A DNA stretch of 64,000 nt from the NCBI GenBank assembly GCA_041687695.1, contig JAWLBL010000007.1:160001-224000 (forward strand), written 5' to 3'. This document shows positions 8,682-17,264 of the stretch, in pieces. The DNA comes from Myxococcota bacterium. GTDB taxonomy: Bacteria; Myxococcota_A; UBA9042; PHBI01; JAWLBL01. Made by a program: the position numbers and the translations under genes. Position 1 is the first letter of the stretch. Every line of letters begins with the position of its first letter. The notes under the pieces were generated by a model, which worked only from the letters and a program-made list of their open reading frames with translations, ran no database searches and was not told where the DNA came from.

Positions 8682-10451
8682 TCACGGCGTGACGCGCGCC
8701 CAGCGGCCCAGCCAGTAGGCGATGCGGAAGTCGACGCCCGGCAGCAGCACGTCGCCGTCGCCGTCCAGGTTCGGCTGATAGGGGTTGGTGCGCCAGTGAT
8801 AGTTGCTGGGGCCGCGGGTGCGCATCGGGACGGGCTCGGCGGCGACCAGGGCGCAGCCGCGACCGACGCAGCCGAGGACGGTCAGCGGCGTGCCGTCGAG
8901 CGCGACGCACCCGGGGGCGTCGACCTGGGGCGCGTCGCAGCCGCACTGGGCCGCCGGGCAGTTGACGACGCCGTGGCTCCAGTAGGGGGCCTCGGGGAAG
9001 TCGGCCAGGGTCTCGAGGCCCCGCGCGACGGCGGCGGCGTCGACGGGGTGGGGCGCGGCGCCGCCCGGGCTCAGGCCGGCGAGGCCGGCCGCGTAGATGA
9101 AGTCGAAGTAGGACTGCTTCATCTCGACGGGCTGGCGGGTGTCGCCCGGGATGGCGTACAGGCCGTGGGCCAGGGCGTCGCGCAGGACGGCCGCGGCTGC
9201 GGGGTCGTCCAGGTAGCGCAGGGCCAGCCACGCCGAGCCGAAGGCCATGTTGTAGTTGGAGAAGTTGGTCTCGAGGCCGAAGGAGACGAACAGGTTGTCG
9301 CGGGCGAGCTCGTGCAGGCGGCGCTCGCCGATGAGCTCGCCCTGCAGCCAGGCGTCCAGCTCGGGGTCCTCGGTCAGGTAGACCCAGGAGGCGACGAACC
9401 CCAGGGCCATCAGGGCGTGGAACCCGTTGCCGAGCCCGTCGAGGTAGAGCTGCCCGTCCAGGTTGTTCTCGTTGAGCCAGCCGTGGAGCGTCGTGCGGCC
9501 GTCGGCGTCGGGGATCTCGAGGTCGTAGCCGCTGGCGCGCACGACCTTCAGCTCGCGGGCGAGCGCGAGGCCGTCGGCGCGCAGGCGCTGCTTGACGGCG
9601 TCCGGGACGCTGGGGTCGTCGCGGGTGACCTCCCAGACGCTGACGAAGGCCGTGACCCAGCCCAGCATCATGTCGCGGCTGACCGAGTCCTCCCAGAGGT
9701 AGCCGGGGTGCTCTCCGGAGAGGTCCTCGCGCCAGGTGCCGTTGTTCTTGACCGCCGGCAGGGGCTGGCCCTGGTCGTCGAACAGCGGCAGGGGCTGATG
9801 GTGCTCGCCCCCGGGCAGGTCGGTCCGGGCATACCCGCGCGCGATGACGCCCGGCGTCCCGGTGATCGCGACGGCCCGGCGCAGCCCCTCGAGCCCGGCC
9901 AGCAGGTGGGCCCGCGCGCGGTCGACCTCGGCGGCCGGGTACCCCTGGTCGCGCAGCACGCCGTAGCGGAAGGCGTCGGCCGCGAGGCCCACCCCGGCGT
10001 ACAGGCCGGCGACCTTGTGCTGCGCCGTGACGACGTCCAGCGCCGGCTTGCCGGCGAAGGCCTCGAAGTCCCAGGCGTCGTCGGCGGCCGCGAAGGCTTC
10101 GACCAGGGCGCGGTCCGCGGCGCGGTCGAGGGCTACCGACACGTCCGTGTTCACGCCCGTGGCGGCCGCGTTGAAGGCGCGCCAGACGCGCTCGTAGCGG
10201 GTGGCCTTCGCCTCGAGCACGGCGTCGAAGCCAGGCTCGCAGGGACCCGGGACGAGGTAGGTGCCGGCGTAGGCGCAGGTCGGCCCGGCGTCGGCGGCGT
10301 CGGCCACGTCCAGCTCGGCCGCGGCGTCCGCGTCCTCCTCGACGGCGCCGTCGGGTTGCGTCACGGCGTCGGCGTCCAGCCCGACTGCGGGTTCGGCGCC
10401 GCAGCCGCTCGACAGCACCCACAGACCCATCCCGACCACGAACGCTCTCAC
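8682..10451 (-). CDS. Hypothetical lipoprotein
   Basis: Lipobox LSSGC, acidic linker, then ~520-aa aromatic-rich globular region. Confidence 0.7.
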   Translation of the reverse strand: MRAFVVGMGLWVLSSGCGAEPAVGLDADAVTQPDGAVEEDADAAAELDVADAADAGPTCAYAGTYLVPGPCEPGFDAVLEAKATRYERVWRAFNAAATGVNTDVSVALDRAADRALVEAFAAADDAWDFEAFAGKPALDVVTAQHKVAGLYAGVGLAADAFRYGVLRDQGYPAAEVDRARAHLLAGLEGLRRAVAITGTPGVIARGYARTDLPGGEHHQPLPLFDDQGQPLPAVKNNGTWREDLSGEHPGYLWEDSVSRDMMLGWVTAFVSVWEVTRDDPSVPDAVKQRLRADGLALARELKVVRASGYDLEIPDADGRTTLHGWLNENNLDGQLYLDGLGNGFHALMALGFVASWVYLTEDPELDAWLQGELIGERRLHELARDNLFVSFGLETNFSNYNMAFGSAWLALRYLDDPAAAAVLRDALAHGLYAIPGDTRQPVEMKQSYFDFIYAAGLAGLSPGGAAPHPVDAAAVARGLETLADFPEAPYWSHGVVNCPAAQCGCDAPQVDAPGCVALDGTPLTVLGCVGRGCALVAAEPVPMRTRGPSNYHWRTNPYQPNLDGDGDVLLPGVDFRIAYWLGRWARVTP

Positions 10452-10518
10452 GCGACCCCCTTGTCCGGCGGGCGGAGCATAGCCTCCCGTGCTCCCGCTG
10501 AGAACGCGCGTCGGCGCC

Positions 10519-12226
10519 TCAGGAGCCGACCACGACCACGACGCGCGTGCGGGTCGGGTCGCCGGGATCGCGATACAGGCCGATGCCGATGCGGGCGTGC
10601 GGCGTGTCGACGATGGGCGCCGGCGCGTCGAAGGCCTCGAGATCGCTCACGGTGATGACCCAGGCCGCCGCGCCCCGGCGCGTCAGGCCGCGCTCGTCGG
10701 CCAGATCCAGCGCGTCGCGTGGGGCGGCGTCGGTCAGGGCGGCGGCCTGGGTCGCGACGCGCTCGAGGCGCGCGTCGGCGACGAAGCGCGCGTGCCCGGC
10801 GGCCGCGCGCGCGGCGTCGAGGCGCTCGAGGAGCTGGGCTCGCGCCGCCGCGGGATCGAGCGGGGCCGGGATCCGCGCGAAGACCTGGGTGAGCAGCCAG
10901 ACGCGGTGGCCGTCGCGGCGCTGCTCGGCGACGCCCACGCCGACGTGGGTCATCGAGGGCGACAGCACGTTCCGGCGGTGCCCCAGGCTGTGCATCAGCG
11001 TGGCCTGCGCGTCGACCAGGCTGCGGTTGCCGGCCAGGTTCTCGGCCCAGGCGATGGCCGGATAGCCGGCGCGCCCGATGCGGTCGGTCAGCGATCCGGT
11101 GCGCGGCGAGTGGTGGCCGAAGAAGCCGCCGTCGCGCATGTCCTCGCTGTGGGCGCGGGCGATGTCGGCCAGGGCGGAGTCGTGGCGCAGCTCGGGCAGG
11201 CCGAACCGGGCCCGGTCCCGGTTGAGCCGATCCAGCGCTTCGGCCTCGGCGTCCCAGGCGTCGGCGATCTCGCGCTCCTCGGGGGGCCAGGCGCCCTCGA
11301 AGCGGTCGGGTGGGTCCTGCCCGACGTACAGCGCCAGCTGCGTCAGCGGCGACGGCCCGTGCGGGCCGGTGCCCAGGACCTCGACGTCCAGCCGCCCCTC
11401 GGCGCGAGGGGCCACGACGGTCGCCGAGAAGCGGGCGCCGCGCGCGGCGACGTCGGGCTCGACGATGGCGAGATCCGGCCCCATGGTGACGACGCGCGGC
11501 TCGCGCCAGCCGGGCGGCAAGCGCCCCGACACACGCACGCGCTGGCCGGGGGCCACGCGGCGCGGGACGGGGTCCAGCGCGAGGGCCGTGCGGCCGACGA
11601 CGACCGCGATGACGCGCTCGGGCTCGGGCCCGAGGGCGTAGGCCTCGCCGACCCCGACCCGGGGCGCGCCGCCGCGGGCGTCGGAGCGGCCCATCAGCTC
11701 GCGGACCCGCGCCAGGATGGCCTCGGGTTCGAGCGAGCGGGTGACCACGAAGGCCTGCAGCACGCCCCACTCGGTGGCGCCCCGCGCCGTCGAGCATGAA
11801 CTGCAGCGCGTCGCTGGGCGCCATGCGGCCGTGGGTCGAGTAGAAGACGGCCAGCTCGCGCGCGGCGCGGCCGAGCGCCGGGTCGAACCTGGCCTCGGCG
11901 ATCGGGGCGAGAAGGTCGCGGTAGCGCTCGTCCGAGGGCGTCCAGCGCGGGTCGGCGTAGGCCTCGGCCGGCGGCTCGATCAGCTCGTGGAAGTAGGTCG
12001 CAGCGTCGGGTCCGGCGAGGTCGGAGGCCTCGTCAGCGTGTGCGGGCTGGGTCCCGGGGGCGGCCGTCGGCGTGGTCGCCGGTGGGAGCCTCGCGCCGGC
12101 GGTGGAGGGGGGGCGTCGGACGCGGTCGCCGTCAATGGCCGTCCAGGTGACCAGCGCACCCAGACCCAGAGCCAGCAGCCCCAGGGGCGCGCGGCGGAGT
12201 CGGGACCTGGAGCGAGGCGCGGACAT
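10519..12226 (-). pseudogene. CAP/SCP-domain membrane-anchored protein with a one-base frameshift (pseudogene or sequencing error)
   Basis: N-terminal part (MSAPR..TM..DGAG) and C-terminal part (..ATEWGVLQ..AHSEDM..FFGH..AENLA..LMHSLGHRRNVL) are in different frames; removing one base of the C4 run at 11780-11783 joins them. Confidence 0.75.
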
Positions 12227-12252
12227 GATCACCGTGGCGCAGTGTCGAGGCC

Positions 12253-12299
12253 TTCGAAACGAAGGAGCCCTCGCCACCAACCGGTGACGAGGGCCCTTC
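12253..12299 (-). terminator. Intrinsic terminator-like hairpin after the RRM gene
   Basis: Minus strand GAAGGGCCCTCGTCACC-GGTT-GGTGGCGAGGGCTCCTTC followed by GTTTCGAA. Confidence 0.6.
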
Positions 12300-12345
12300 A
12301 TTCATGCATGGCATGCGTTCGCGGCGCGAGCGCCGCGCGCGGGGA

Positions 12346-12693
12346 CTACCAGCGGCCGCCGCCGCCACCGTAGCCGCCGCCACCGCCGCCGCCGCCGTAG
12401 CCGCCACGGCCACCGCGACCACCGCCACCACCGCCGCCGCCACCGGAGCGCTCCTGCGCCTCGTTGACGTTGAGGGTGCGGCCGTCGAGCATGGCGCCGC
12501 TCATGCGGGTCATCGCCGTCTGGGCGTCGTCCGAGTTCGCGAACGTCACGAACCCGAAGCCGCGGCTGCGGCCCGTGTCACGATCGGTGATGACCTTGGC
12601 GTCGGTCACCTCGCCGTGCTCCTCGAACGCGGCGCGCAGGCCGTGATCGTCCGTGTCCCAGCTCAGGCCGCCGACAAAAAGCTTCTTCGACAT
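12346..12693 (-). CDS. RRM RNA-binding protein with glycine-rich tail
   Basis: RNP2 LFVGGL, RNP1 RGFGFVTF, C-terminal GGRGG/GGYGG tail. Confidence 0.92.
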   Translation of the reverse strand: MSKKLFVGGLSWDTDDHGLRAAFEEHGEVTDAKVITDRDTGRSRGFGFVTFANSDDAQTAMTRMSGAMLDGRTLNVNEAQERSGGGGGGGGGRGGRGGYGGGGGGGGYGGGGGRW

Positions 12694-13010
12694 CTCTCGT
12701 CTCACTTGCGGCGCGCCGTAGCGGCGCCGACTTCGCACACTGCTCGCGGGGGGAGCCCACGAGCTCCGGCGGCCCCAATGGCCGCACGGGATCCGACATC
12801 CAGGTAGGCTGCCGGACGCCTCTCCGGGCGCAGCGCGTTCTTGCGCGACCCGTCGAGATCAACGAACCCAAGCAGAGGCACCTGGTTTTCCGTCGAGGGG
12901 CGTACCCTACGGACCTCGGCAGCGATTGCAAGGCGTCGGGCCCATATTTCTTTTGACGACCCCGCGACGGGCGGCCCATGGTCACCCCGCACTTCGCGAC
13001 GGAGCCGCGT

Positions 13011-13343
13011 ATGTCCTGGGTCCTCCTCGTCCTCGCCGGGCTACTCGAGACCGGCTGGGCCATCGGCCTCAAGTACTCCGAGGGCTTCACGCGCCCGCTG
13101 CCGACCGCCCTCACGGCCGTGGCGCTGATCGGCAGCATGTGGCTGCTGGGGCTGGCGGTCCGGGACCTGCCCATCGGCACCGCCTACCCCATCTGGGTCG
13201 GCATCGGCGCGACCGGCGCCGCGATCCTCGGCGTCGTCCTGTTCGACGAGCCCCTGACGACCGCGCGGGTCGTCTTCATCCTGATGCTGGTCGCGGCGAT
13301 CGTCGGCCTGAAGCTGACCAGCGGGCCCTCGACGCCCGTGTGA
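13011..13343 (+). CDS. sugE: SMR/DMT family transporter, SugE/Gdx type
   Basis: LAGLLETGWAIGLKYSEGF, LPIGTAYPIWVGIG; four TM helices; GGAG SD. Confidence 0.85.
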   Translation: MSWVLLVLAGLLETGWAIGLKYSEGFTRPLPTALTAVALIGSMWLLGLAVRDLPIGTAYPIWVGIGATGAAILGVVLFDEPLTTARVVFILMLVAAIVGLKLTSGPSTPV

Positions 13344-13376
13344 CGGACGAGGGCGGTCCTGTTAGGCTGCCGCGCC

Positions 13377-14540
13377 GTGGACGCCAACGCTCCCCACCGC
13401 CCGAACGCTTCCCCGGGATCCGCCGGAGGAGAGGTCAGACCGTCGGACCCGCCGGACGCGCGGATCGGACGCGTCATCGCCGGGCGCTTCGAGATTGTGG
13501 CGCTGCTGGGGCAGGGCGGGATGGGCTCCGTCTACCGGGCGCGGCAGCTGAGCGTCGGCCGCGAGGTCGCCCTGAAGCTGGTCCGCGCCGACGCGGTCGG
13601 GGACGCCCGGATCGCCAAGCGGTTCGCACGCGAGATGGAGGCCACGACGCGGGTCGCCCATCCGAACACCGTGCGCCTGTTCGACGTCGGGACCACCGAC
13701 GACGGCGAGCCCTTCCTGGCGATGGAGCTGGTGCCGGGCGAGCCGCTGTCTGCGGTGCTCGAGCGGCACGGGCGGCTGCCGCCGGGGCGCGTCGCCTGGA
13801 TCGGCCTGCAAGTGGCGCGCTCGCTCGAGGCGGCCCACGCGCGCGGCGTCGTCCACCGCGATCTGAAGCCCGCCAACCTGATGATCGGCGACCTGCCCGG
13901 GCAGCCCGATCACGTGACGGTGCTGGACTTCGGGCTCGCGCGCTTCCTCGAGGGCGGCGTGGACGGGCAGGGCACCGTGCTGACGCGCAGCGGCGCCGTC
14001 CTGGGCACCGCCCGCTACATGGCGCCCGAGCAGGCGCAGGGCCAGGCGGTCGACCACCGGGCCGATCTCTACGCCCTCGGCGTCATCCTCTACGAAGCCG
14101 CCACCGGCCGCCCGCCGTTCACGGCCGGGACGCCGATGGCGCTGATGTACATGCAGGCGCACGAGCCGCCGGCGCCGCCGCGCGCGCTCGCGCCCGATCT
14201 CCCGCGCTGGCTCGAGGCGCTCGTCTTGCGGCTGCTCGCCAAGGACCCTGCCGGACGCCCGCAGCGGGCCGACGAGGTCGCGACCTTCCTGGCGGCCCAT
14301 TGCGGTGTCGGCCCCGACGGGCGCCCGACGATCGCTCACCGGCGTCGACCCGGCGCCTGGCGGAGCTGGCTGCTGGGCGCCGCCGTGGCCGCAGGGGTCG
14401 TGGGCCTGGGCCGCCTCGTCTGGCCGCTGCTGGCGCCCGAACCGCCGGCCACGCCGACGCCCGTCGAGCCCCGCTCGGCCATCGTCGACGAGCCCGCGCC
14501 TGCGTCGGTGGCTCCACAGGCGCCGGCGCCGCGGCCCTGA
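13377..14540 (+). CDS. Ser/Thr protein kinase with C-terminal TM helix
   Basis: GQGGMG, VALK, HRDLKPAN, DFG, GTARYMAPE, DLYALG. Confidence 0.9.
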   Translation: MDANAPHRPNASPGSAGGEVRPSDPPDARIGRVIAGRFEIVALLGQGGMGSVYRARQLSVGREVALKLVRADAVGDARIAKRFAREMEATTRVAHPNTVRLFDVGTTDDGEPFLAMELVPGEPLSAVLERHGRLPPGRVAWIGLQVARSLEAAHARGVVHRDLKPANLMIGDLPGQPDHVTVLDFGLARFLEGGVDGQGTVLTRSGAVLGTARYMAPEQAQGQAVDHRADLYALGVILYEAATGRPPFTAGTPMALMYMQAHEPPAPPRALAPDLPRWLEALVLRLLAKDPAGRPQRADEVATFLAAHCGVGPDGRPTIAHRRRPGAWRSWLLGAAVAAGVVGLGRLVWPLLAPEPPATPTPVEPRSAIVDEPAPASVAPQAPAPRP

Positions 14541-14547
14541 CCGGCCC

Positions 14548-15600
14548 TCAGCCGCGCCTGCGCCAGCCGAACAGCCGCGCGAGCAGCCCCGGCGTCGCGG
14601 GCGGCACCCGCCCGGGCAGCGGCGGTGGCGGCGCCCCCAGCGCGCGCAGCGCCTCGGCCATGGCCCTGGCGGTCGGGTAGCGCTCGCCCGGCGCCTTGGC
14701 GGTCGCCCGCTCGGCGATGGCGCGCAGCGGGTGGCGCTGGAGCGGCCGCGGCCACGCGGGCAGCGGCTCGCGGAAGTGGCCCTTGACGATGGCGGGCAGA
14801 TCGCCGCGGAAGGGCACCCGCCCGGTCAGCAGCTCGTGCAGCAGGACGCCGACCGAGTACACGTCGGAGCGGGCGTCGACCGGCAGGGCCTGCAGCTGCT
14901 CGGGGCTCATGTAGAAGGGGGTGCCGCCGGTGGTGCCCTCGACCGTCAGCTCCGAGACCTCGCGCGTCTCGGTCGGCTGCACCTTGGCGTAGCCGAAGTC
15001 GCACAGGCGCACGGTCAGCCCGGAGAGGTCGCGCCAGACCTCGTTGGTCGGGGGCGGGACGCCCAGGCGCCGCGCGACCTCGCCCGCGTCGGCCGGCGGG
15101 ACCAGGGCCTCGGCCGGCGCCTCGACGAGGACGTTGCCCGGCTTGACGTCGCGGTGGACGATGGCCCGCGCGTGGGCGGCCTCGAGGCCGTCGAGGACCT
15201 GCACCAGCAGCGCGGCGGCCTCGCTGGGGCTCAGCGGGCCGCGGGCGTCGAGCAGCGCCTCGAGGGACAGGCCGCGCACCAGATCGAAGACCAGGTAGGG
15301 CACGTCCGGGCGCCCGTCGAACGTGGTCTCGCCGTAGGCCCGCAGCGGGACGACGTTCGGGTGGGCGACCTCGACGCAGGCCTGGGCTTCGCGCCGCAGG
15401 CGCTTTCTGAACTCGGCCATGGCGGCCGCCGACGGCAGCAGCACCTTGAGCGCCAGGCGCTCGTCGGTCTCGAGGTCTCGGGCGCGCCAGACGCCGCCGA
15501 AGGCGCCCTCGCCGATGGCCGCCTCGAGCGCGTAGCGGCCGTCGACGATCACCTCGTCGCCCGCTCCCGACGCCGCCCGAACCGCCCGTGACCGCTCCAT
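14548..15600 (-). CDS. Cytoplasmic Ser/Thr protein kinase
   Basis: GEGAFG, LALK, HRDVKPGN, DFG, GTPFYMSPE, DVYSVG. Confidence 0.88.
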   Translation of the reverse strand: MERSRAVRAASGAGDEVIVDGRYALEAAIGEGAFGGVWRARDLETDERLALKVLLPSAAAMAEFRKRLRREAQACVEVAHPNVVPLRAYGETTFDGRPDVPYLVFDLVRGLSLEALLDARGPLSPSEAAALLVQVLDGLEAAHARAIVHRDVKPGNVLVEAPAEALVPPADAGEVARRLGVPPPTNEVWRDLSGLTVRLCDFGYAKVQPTETREVSELTVEGTTGGTPFYMSPEQLQALPVDARSDVYSVGVLLHELLTGRVPFRGDLPAIVKGHFREPLPAWPRPLQRHPLRAIAERATAKAPGERYPTARAMAEALRALGAPPPPLPGRVPPATPGLLARLFGWRRRG

Positions 15601-15664
15601 CGTCCCCTCCTCACGCCGAGGCTAACACGACCGCCCGCGGCCCAGCAGCGGCAATCGTGGGGCC

Positions 15665-16480
15665 TCACCACAGGTGCTCGACCCGCCACAGCAGGGCCTG
15701 GACCTGCTCGGGCGTCTTCGCCGCGCACAGCTCCGGCGCCAGATCGTGCGTCGCCAGGCGGGCGATGCGGGCCAGCGCCTCGAGGTGATCGGGGCCGGCC
15801 TCGGCGTCGACCAGCACCACGGCGACCCGGACGGGGCGGTCGTCGGGCGTCACCAGCGGCAGGGGCTCGGCGAGGGTGACCAGCACCGCGGCGTCGGTGA
15901 CGCCGGGCTGGGTGGCGTGCGGGACGACGAAGCCCGAGCCGACGAAGGTCGTCGCCTCGCGCTCGCGGGCCTGGAGCTGGCGGACGAGGGCGTCGCGATC
16001 GACCCCGGTGCCGTCGGGCCAGCGCTCGGCGGCGAGGTGGATGAGCTCGTCCATGTCGCGGCAGCGGGCGCCGAGGACCATGTGGGCGGGCGGCAGCAGC
16101 TCGAGCAGGCGGCGGCCGCGAGGGCGCGCGGTGTCGTCCGGCGCGGGGAGCTCGGCGTCGATGAAGGCCTTGATGCGCGCGATCTGGACCGCGTTGAGGT
16201 CGCGGCGGGCGATGTCGAGGAAGAGCGCGCCGGCCGCGGGGACCCGCTCGACGTAGCCGGTCACGGCGGGGCCGGTCTGGCGCGCCAGCTCGATGATGAT
16301 GCGCCGGGGCAGGCCGAGGGCGTCGGCGATGGAGGCCAGCCGATCCGGCGTGGGAGAGGCGTCGCGGCCGGTCTCGATGCGGCTCAGGTAGGCGCTCGAG
16401 ACCCCCACGCGCGCGGCGAGCTCGCGCAGGCTCAGGCCGGCCTCGGCGCGGAGCAGCTTGAGGGTCGATCCGAAGTGCAT
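15665..16480 (-). CDS. XRE-family HTH regulator fused to a PTS EIIA (fructose/Ntr-type) domain
   Basis: N-terminal LSLRELAARVGVSSAYLSRIETG; C-terminal RERE..TFVGSGFVVPH and HLEALARIARL; AGGAGG SD before ATG 16480. Confidence 0.85.
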   Translation of the reverse strand: MHFGSTLKLLRAEAGLSLRELAARVGVSSAYLSRIETGRDASPTPDRLASIADALGLPRRIIIELARQTGPAVTGYVERVPAAGALFLDIARRDLNAVQIARIKAFIDAELPAPDDTARPRGRRLLELLPPAHMVLGARCRDMDELIHLAAERWPDGTGVDRDALVRQLQAREREATTFVGSGFVVPHATQPGVTDAAVLVTLAEPLPLVTPDDRPVRVAVVLVDAEAGPDHLEALARIARLATHDLAPELCAAKTPEQVQALLWRVEHLW

Positions 16481-16503
16481 GGGGCCTCCTGTCTGACAAG
16501 TGG

Positions 16504-16517
16504 TAAGTGAACACTTA
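16504..16517. promoter_or_regulatory. Candidate operator palindrome
   Basis: TAAGTG-AA-CACTTA, AT-rich perfect inverted repeat 24-37 bp upstream of the XRE gene. Confidence 0.55.
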
Positions 16518-16582
16518 GCGCCGTGGGGGCCTTCCCCCAAGGCGGCGGTCTGGAACGCCACGGTTCGGGGGTGTTGCCGGTC

Positions 16583-16710
16583 GCCGGGGCCGTGGCCGGG
16601 GCCGTGGCCGAGAGCGTGGCCGTGGCCGTGGCCGGGACCGTGGCCGAGAGCGTGGCCGTGGCCGAGAGCGTGGCCGTGGCCGTTGGTCGTGGCCGAGAGC
16701 GTGGCCGTGG
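16583..16710. repeat. Hexamer-based tandem repeat (CGTGGC with CGAGAG/CGGGGC variants)
   Basis: Directly visible, roughly 20 hexamer units, intergenic. Confidence 0.8.
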
Positions 16711-16766
16711 AGGGGCCCTGGGACCGGGGCGTTTCCGGCCGCCGGGTCGGGCGCTACAGTCGCGGC

Positions 16767-17264
16767 ATGCATCCACTCATCGCGCAGTATCGCGACGCCG
16801 TCGCCGCGCCCCAGGTCTCCGCCGAGGCGCAGCTGGAGACGCTGCGGACGCGCGACCGGCTGGCGCGGCTCGAGGAGGGCTTGAGCGCCGATGAGCGGGT
16901 GGCCCTGGCGGAGGCCGACGTCGCGCTGGTGAGGGCGGCCCGGACGGTGGTGGCGCGGCTCGAGGGGCTGGCGCCTCTGTCGCGGCTGCGCCCCGAGGGG
17001 GTCGAGCCCCGGCGCTGGTGGTGGTGGCTGGACGTCGTGGCGCACACGCCGCTGGCGGCCGTCGAGTCGGGCCGCGCGCCCGCCCGACCCCCGCGGGGCA
17101 GGCGCGCGTCGGGCCCCGGCGAGGTGCGTCCTTCGCCGCGGTACTTCTCGATCGAGCGCTCGTTCCACGTGGGGGCCACGGGCGAACGGCGGCCGCGGCG
17201 GTGGCGCATCAGGGATGCGCGGAGCCGGTCGCCGGGGGCTCCGGGGGCGCCTCGTCGAGGGTGA
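16767..17264 (+). CDS. Hypothetical protein with a WWWWLD motif
   Basis: ATG 16767 six nt after TACAGT; helical N-terminal ~95 aa with typical codon use; low-complexity tail overlaps the convergent antiporter gene by 56 bp. Confidence 0.6.
   Translation: MHPLIAQYRDAVAAPQVSAEAQLETLRTRDRLARLEEGLSADERVALAEADVALVRAARTVVARLEGLAPLSRLRPEGVEPRRWWWWLDVVAHTPLAAVESGRAPARPPRGRRASGPGEVRPSPRYFSIERSFHVGATGERRPRRWRIRDARSRSPGAPGAPRRG

Noticed and set aside
12950..13010. Guanidine-II (mini-ykkC) riboswitch upstream of sugE
   Set aside because: Three ACGR tetramers are present but none sits in a canonical G-ACGR-C closed hairpin pair; an Infernal search would be needed, so not called
16523..16894. Ala/Val repeat protein (AVAESVAVAV)
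   Set aside because: Simply a translation of the hexamer repeat; overlaps the better-supported ORF at 16767
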